Positions 58,960-64,000 of a DNA stretch of 64,000 nt are shown here, in pieces. The translations under genes and the position numbers were made by a program. Under the pieces are notes generated by a model that was given only the letters and a program-made list of their open reading frames with translations, ran no database searches and had not been told where the DNA came from. This stretch comes from Macrostomum lignano (taxonomy: Eukaryota), in assembly GCA_002269645.1 (NCBI GenBank), contig NIVC01003697.1, positions 18,314 to 82,313 on the forward strand. The letters are read 5' to 3'. Position 1 is the first letter of the stretch, and every line of letters begins with the position of its first letter.

Positions 58960-59765
58960 CTCCGCTGAAGTCCGAAATCCAGTGCTCAGCTGCTGCCAGC
59001 AGCGACTCCGCTGTGCAGCTGGTGGCGTTCAGCGCCATCTCTGGTCTGTGCGCTCTCTTCAGGTGTCGCCTGGGCCTAAGCCACTGCAGGAAGTGCCGCA
59101 ATGCGAACAAGGGAGCTCAGCGAGTGTGGGTGAGTCACTCCGTTAGATGTGTAGCATCACTACCACAATTTAACGCGTGGTAACCTGGCACACCTGTGTG
59201 TCACCTTGCAGACAGCCGGCAGTGACTGCTGGACCACCGTGCAGCACAGGGTGTCCGGCTCAGTGGACTTTTACCGCAACTGGACTCAGTATCAGAGCGA
59301 TTTCGGCGAGGGACCCGACGGAAACTACTGGATCGGTGAGTGCATCCCAGATCTGCTCCATTCGCTTCCTTTTCCAACTCGGATTTCAATTACAAACACC
59401 GCCATGACGTCCGCATCTTCCCAGGCCTGAACTCTCTCCACGCTCTCACTGCTTCTGGTCCTCGGAAGCTGAGGATCCTGATGAAGGTGTGGAACGACTC
59501 TGAGCACTGGGCTGAGTACTCCAGCTTCTCCGTGGGTCCCGAGTCGGACAGCTACCGGCTGAGCGTGTCCGGCTTCTCCGGCAGCGCCGGCATTGGCGAC
59601 TCGATGCTTCGCAACGACGGCAGACCATTCAGCACGCGGGACGCCGATCACGACACCTACCTGGAAGGTCACTGCGCAGTAATACACATAGGCGCCTGGT
59701 GGTTCTCCGGGCAAAAATACAGAGAATTTCCTTCGGCTATTGGCGGTCCCTTGGCGAGGGCCTGA
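58960..59765 (+). pseudogene. Fibrinogen-related domain (FReD) gene, truncated; exons ~58960-59129, 59212-59335, 59425-~59710
   Basis: [31 protein letters not shown]|[48 protein letters not shown]. The conserved C..SNLNG..W..SLK C-terminus is missing. Confidence 0.8.
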
Positions 59766-60569
59766 TCTGGAGAGACCCGTTCGGTTCCTACTACTCTCTG
59801 CACGAGATGGAAGTACTTTTCTTGTAGACAGCTGACTGGAACTTTGTCAACGTTGAATTGCTTTGGTTGAGAAACATTTTTCAATTTGATGGCGAACTGA
59901 TCGAGCCCTGAGCTCACCTTCAACTCCGACCAATTGTTTCATAACCCCCCCAGTACATACAGATGCGGCACCTTGCTTTTGTTGTTTTCAGTCTTAGTGT
60001 CGGCCAGTCTGTCTGTCTGCTTGTTTGTTTGTTTGTTAGCGTTTCTTTCTGGTTGTTTTACTGTCAATCTGACAGCCTAACAATTTCACAGCCATAGTAC
60101 CGTGTTGTGCCGCTATGCTATTTATTTATTTACCTATTTATTTTCCTCTTGCAGTTCAGCCCTTCATGCTACATTTGACGCATATTTAACCCTCTGTCAC
60201 TGAGGTACACTACTTCAATTCAGTATATATCCAAGGTACTAAATCCTGTTATATTCCCCAAACCTCAATCCTCAATCGAAATTCTCGAACGTTTGAGGTC
60301 ATGAGAACCTGTACAACAACAATCTAGAAATAGTCTTTCACTCAGGCAACTGTACATGGATCTGAAATTCCCTCTAGTTTAAAACTTCCCACAATTTCAG
60401 CTCCGGTTAACGACGCCAAGGTTTACGTAAACAGCGCATGCAATTAAAATTAATTCCGCTGTTGCTACGGGGCCAGGGCGGTTGAGTTGGAGTGTTGGAG
60501 GGGGGGGGGTCAGTCCTTAGTGCTCTCTCCTGAGTGTCGGTTTTGGGTGAGGCTGGGGCGGCCTCCATG

Positions 60570-61720
60570 GGGTACCTCTCATTTCGCCGATTCTCGTTTC
60601 GCCGATTCTCGTTTCGCCGACATTCTCATTTCGCCGATTCTCGGTTCGCCGAAATTAGTTTCACAACCATCTGGACATTAGACCATAGACAACTACACTA
60701 ATGCAAGTGTGATTTAGATGTCTATGGCTTGAAAAATAAAGTATTGTATTGGTAATATAGCTTTTTGCAGCCCATTCGGGCTTACGGGCATTTAATTTAA
60801 TCCGAGATACGTTTGCCAGTGTAACGGAGCTTTTGTCTATGGTAGCAAGTCTGGCACAGCGGCATTTAATTTGGTCCAACAAGCATCAATTTGGTCCAAA
60901 CGCTCGTGAGCCATTCGGCAAACTCCTGCCTTCTCGCAACCGTCTGCGGGTTGTTGCGTACCGCTGGAATGTCAGAGTCTCTACCGACAATTTTCTGTCG
61001 CTTTTCCAGAGCTCTGCTGATAGTCGAACTCTGATAACCAACTGGAACTGTTCCCTCAACTTCTTTCCTTCAACTTCTGCTGCATTTTCTGCAGCATCAA
61101 CAAATGGCTCGTCTCAATTGTATCGAGTAGCAGTTGGACCTGAAGCTCTCGAGCAACTTGCCCTGGCGATTGCCACCCATTCGCAGGCGATATCTGCCGG
61201 CAGATTTTCAACGCGCTGATGGATGCTGAAAACCATCTTTTCTTTTACATTCAGCAGCCTTTGGGTGTTCACCTCTGTCGAGCGCTTCGATCACAAGCCT
61301 AATGGCATTCGTTTGACAGCCTAGCATATGGTCCACAATTCTGTGGCTGATCTAGCTCCTCCGCAGCAGTTGCTAATGAAGCTATGGACCAAATTGATGC
61401 TTGTTGGACCAAATTAAATGCTGCTGTGCCAGCCTTGCTACCATAGACAAAAGCTCCGTTACTTTGACAAACATATCTCGGATTAAATTAAATGCCCGTA
61501 AAATATACCAATACAATACTTTATTTTTCAAGCCATAGACATCTAAATCACACTTGCATTAGTGTAGTTGTCTATGGTCTAATGTCCAGATGGTTGTGAA
61601 ACTAATTTCGGCGAACCGAGAATCGGCGAAATGAGAATGTCGGCGAACCGAGAATCGGCGAAACGAGAATCGGCGAAACGAGAATCGGCGAAACGAGAAT
61701 CGGCGAAATGAGAGGTACCC
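60570..61720. mobile_element. MULE-like foldback element (1151 bp) enclosing a Tc1-type element
   Basis: Termini GGGTACCTCTC...GAGAGGTACCC with perfect 9-bp TSD GCCTCCATG. The TIRs carry 15-bp TTCTCGTTTCGCCGA sub-repeats. The centre (60758-61500) is an inverted copy of 30743-31489. Confidence 0.85.
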
Positions 61721-63109
61721 GCCTCCATGTGCGAGGGCTCATTTAATTTTTTACGGCTGGCTGCCTCCGCTTGTTTACCACCTGCTAACCTTTGATATCT
61801 GGAATGAATGATGGCTGCTGTAGTTTTGTCATGCGCTGCCTTCCAGTGTGGATTCGGTTGTCTTGGTTGCCTCATTCCGCTTCTATACACGCTTATATAT
61901 ATTTATTCCAGCCTTGAGTCACTTACTGCCCTAGGCTTCATAAGTCTATTCTATAAGGTAAATTTTTAACCCTGCACAGTGATATTTTGATATCTTAAAG
62001 GTTCGTCACGCCACTATCCATTGAAGCCGTCAAATGTCTGCAATGTCAGCTTTACTTGGAGGCCTTGATGGCAAATTTCCAAATTAAAGCCACAAAACAT
62101 CCTATATACTAAAAATTATTTACTATATATTGTGAAAGCCTGACATCATAGCGTCTGTTTTAACACCGAAACAACAATAGTAAAATTGGACAATGAAGTT
62201 TAACAACCCAAGTAAGTGTTGGTACCATCAGGAAAAATGAGCTTGTCTTCTGCTTTGTTTATTTGCTTTTAGCGAGCATTTTCTGTGACTTTAAGCAGTT
62301 TTCGTTCAGTAGCAAATTCCGCTAGCAATGAGAGTTTTGTGAATGTACCAGCCATGAACTTCTACAGTAGAAAATGCTGCTCTCAGGAGTGGCTTCGGGA
62401 GTCTGAAGCAGACACTGCCAGGAGGGGAGCTTCGAAGCACCGACTTGTGATGAGATGCGGCTTCTCTCCAGCTCTTCTCTCAGCTCTCATGCTCTCCAGC
62501 GCTGCACACCAGCCTCCCAATCGATACTCAGCGTCAATCGTTGCGCTGCATTTTCTACACAAAAATAATAAAAACTCGCAATAGCCTCTACTAGTCACAG
62601 TAGTCTAAAATACAAATTAATGCTATTTAAAAAATCAACCGTGATCCAAGTTTCAAACTTGCAGGCTCAGGAGAGCTGTGCAAATAGATAAACACTCATA
62701 AAACACTCAAAATGAATTGCAGGAGCTTTTATAAAAACTTTTTCTCAAGCGAGCTTCACAAAAAAAGCTGAAGCAACATAAAAAGACCAGACACTTCTAC
62801 TCAAAAGGCCCCTTGACTTAAAGACCATCCATATCCATGTATTTCTGAGCTGTCGTACATATTGAAGCATGGTGGGCCAGTAGCTAACGCAAAAGGGAAA
62901 GGGGAGGAAGGGCAGGGGGCCTGCCACCCCCCAAATGAGAGAGGCAACGAAGCTTGACGAATGACAAGAGCTCAACAACTTTTGCCAAGTCTTGAAGGTG
63001 GCCTTTACCGTCTAAGATAGCAGGGTAGAGGCGCCCGCCCCCCCCCCCATGAGACAGGTAGTGGCGCCCATTAGTATTGCGACCCCGCAATTAAAATAAA
63101 AAATAACAA

Positions 63110-63415
63110 CCAGCGCCAGCACAGGGGTTTTAGCACCAGGGCTTTAGCACCAGGGGCCCAGCACCAGGGGTTTTAGCACCAGGGGCTTTAGCACCAGGGA
63201 AGCCAGCACCAGGGGAGCCAGCACCAGGGGAGCCAGCACCAGGGGAGCCAGCACCAGGGAGCCAGCACCAGGGGCGCCAGCACCAGGGTGCCAGCACCAG
63301 GGGTGCCAGCACCAGGGGCCAGCACCAGGTGCCAGCACCAGGGGTGCCAGCACCAGGGGTGCCAGCACCAGGGGTGCCAGCACCAGGGCGCCAGCACCAG
63401 GGGCGCCAGGTGCTA
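63110..63415. repeat. ~15-bp minisatellite (GCACCAGGGGTGCCA/GGGAGCCA)n
   Basis: About 20 units. Confidence 0.93.
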
Positions 63416-63845
63416 AAGTTCCACTTAGAATTTTGATTTGGTTTTTAAAGGCTACAAGTAAAAGTAAGTGGTAGTGACAAGATAACACGAGCAGCGTGCA
63501 AAAATAATTGCCAGAAAAACATTTCCAACGCAATTTAACAATTTTTCTTGATCCTTGTTCTGCAGTGGTAACGAAGTAAATCTGCAAATTTGACTCTTTT
63601 ATCCGCATGGAAAAATTGCAGTTAAGACACTCTGCATGTACCTGCGCATTAGACAGCTGATTAAAAAAGAACAAGCACGAGTGAGTCAGTCAGTGATTCA
63701 GAATTTAGAGGTGCGCCGTGTATTACGTGTCGCTTTTAAATAGAAATCATTACTGAACTCACCATGACTTAAGTAAGAGCTCAGCAATGTACTCCAAGCA
63801 AACAGAGATTACATGTAAGTATTTACATATGTACATGTAGCTCAC

Positions 63846-63940
63846 CCATCAGCTGGAAGAATCGAATCTCGCAGATGGTAGGACCGATCCAGTCCGGGTC
63901 TGAACCCGCAGCACCCTGCCGCTGAGACCGCAGCTCACCC
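63846..63940 (-). pseudogene. F-type lectin copy 4 (3' fragment of the FTP exon)
   Basis: cccatcagctggaagaatcgaatctcgcagatgg..gagaccgcagctcac matches the 3' end of the FTP exon in copies 1-3, including the donor site. Confidence 0.8.
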
Positions 63941-64000
63941 ATCAGCAGGGGCGTCGCCAACGGGGGGGACAGGGGGGACATGTCCCCCCCCAGTAAAAGA

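Noticed and set aside
62250-63100. hAT/ZnF-TTF transposase relic on the minus strand
   Set aside because: Only scattered weak words across frames, and no TIR/TSD pair could be fixed.
4839-63674. Repetitive ORFs (STVTQ, GCLLSGDAC, VTWSCHLV, MILITISHDY, EEEGGGRG, LVLAP and similar)
   Set aside because: They are translations of minisatellites and are open in several frames or on both strands.

Overview
This is eukaryotic, repeat-rich invertebrate genomic DNA with spliceosomal GT-AG introns and TTAGGG repeats. Composition, intronic minisatellites and gene families suggest a flatworm such as Macrostomum, which is an inference only. Host genes: a two-exon DEG/ENaC channel; a damaged LARGE-type xylosyl/glucuronyltransferase; a single-exon 78-aa prepropeptide ending in a Trp/Arg-rich, probably amidated peptide that looks antimicrobial; a cluster of F-type lectin genes (two intact 4-exon models with micro-exons, two relics); and a truncated fibrinogen-related gene. 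Mobile DNA dominates the window. It includes three Ty3/Gypsy elements (one intact with identical LTRs, one decayed, one with gag-PR inverted), an internally deleted BEL/Pao element, two solo LTRs, a complete P-element/THAP transposon, a Penelope-like element with a hammerhead ribozyme, Tc1/IS630-type and MULE-like foldback elements, and two SINE families. A decayed dUTPase cassette missed by the ORF track, an interstitial telomeric tract and about a dozen minisatellite arrays are also present. All coordinates and alignments were read by eye and no database search was run.
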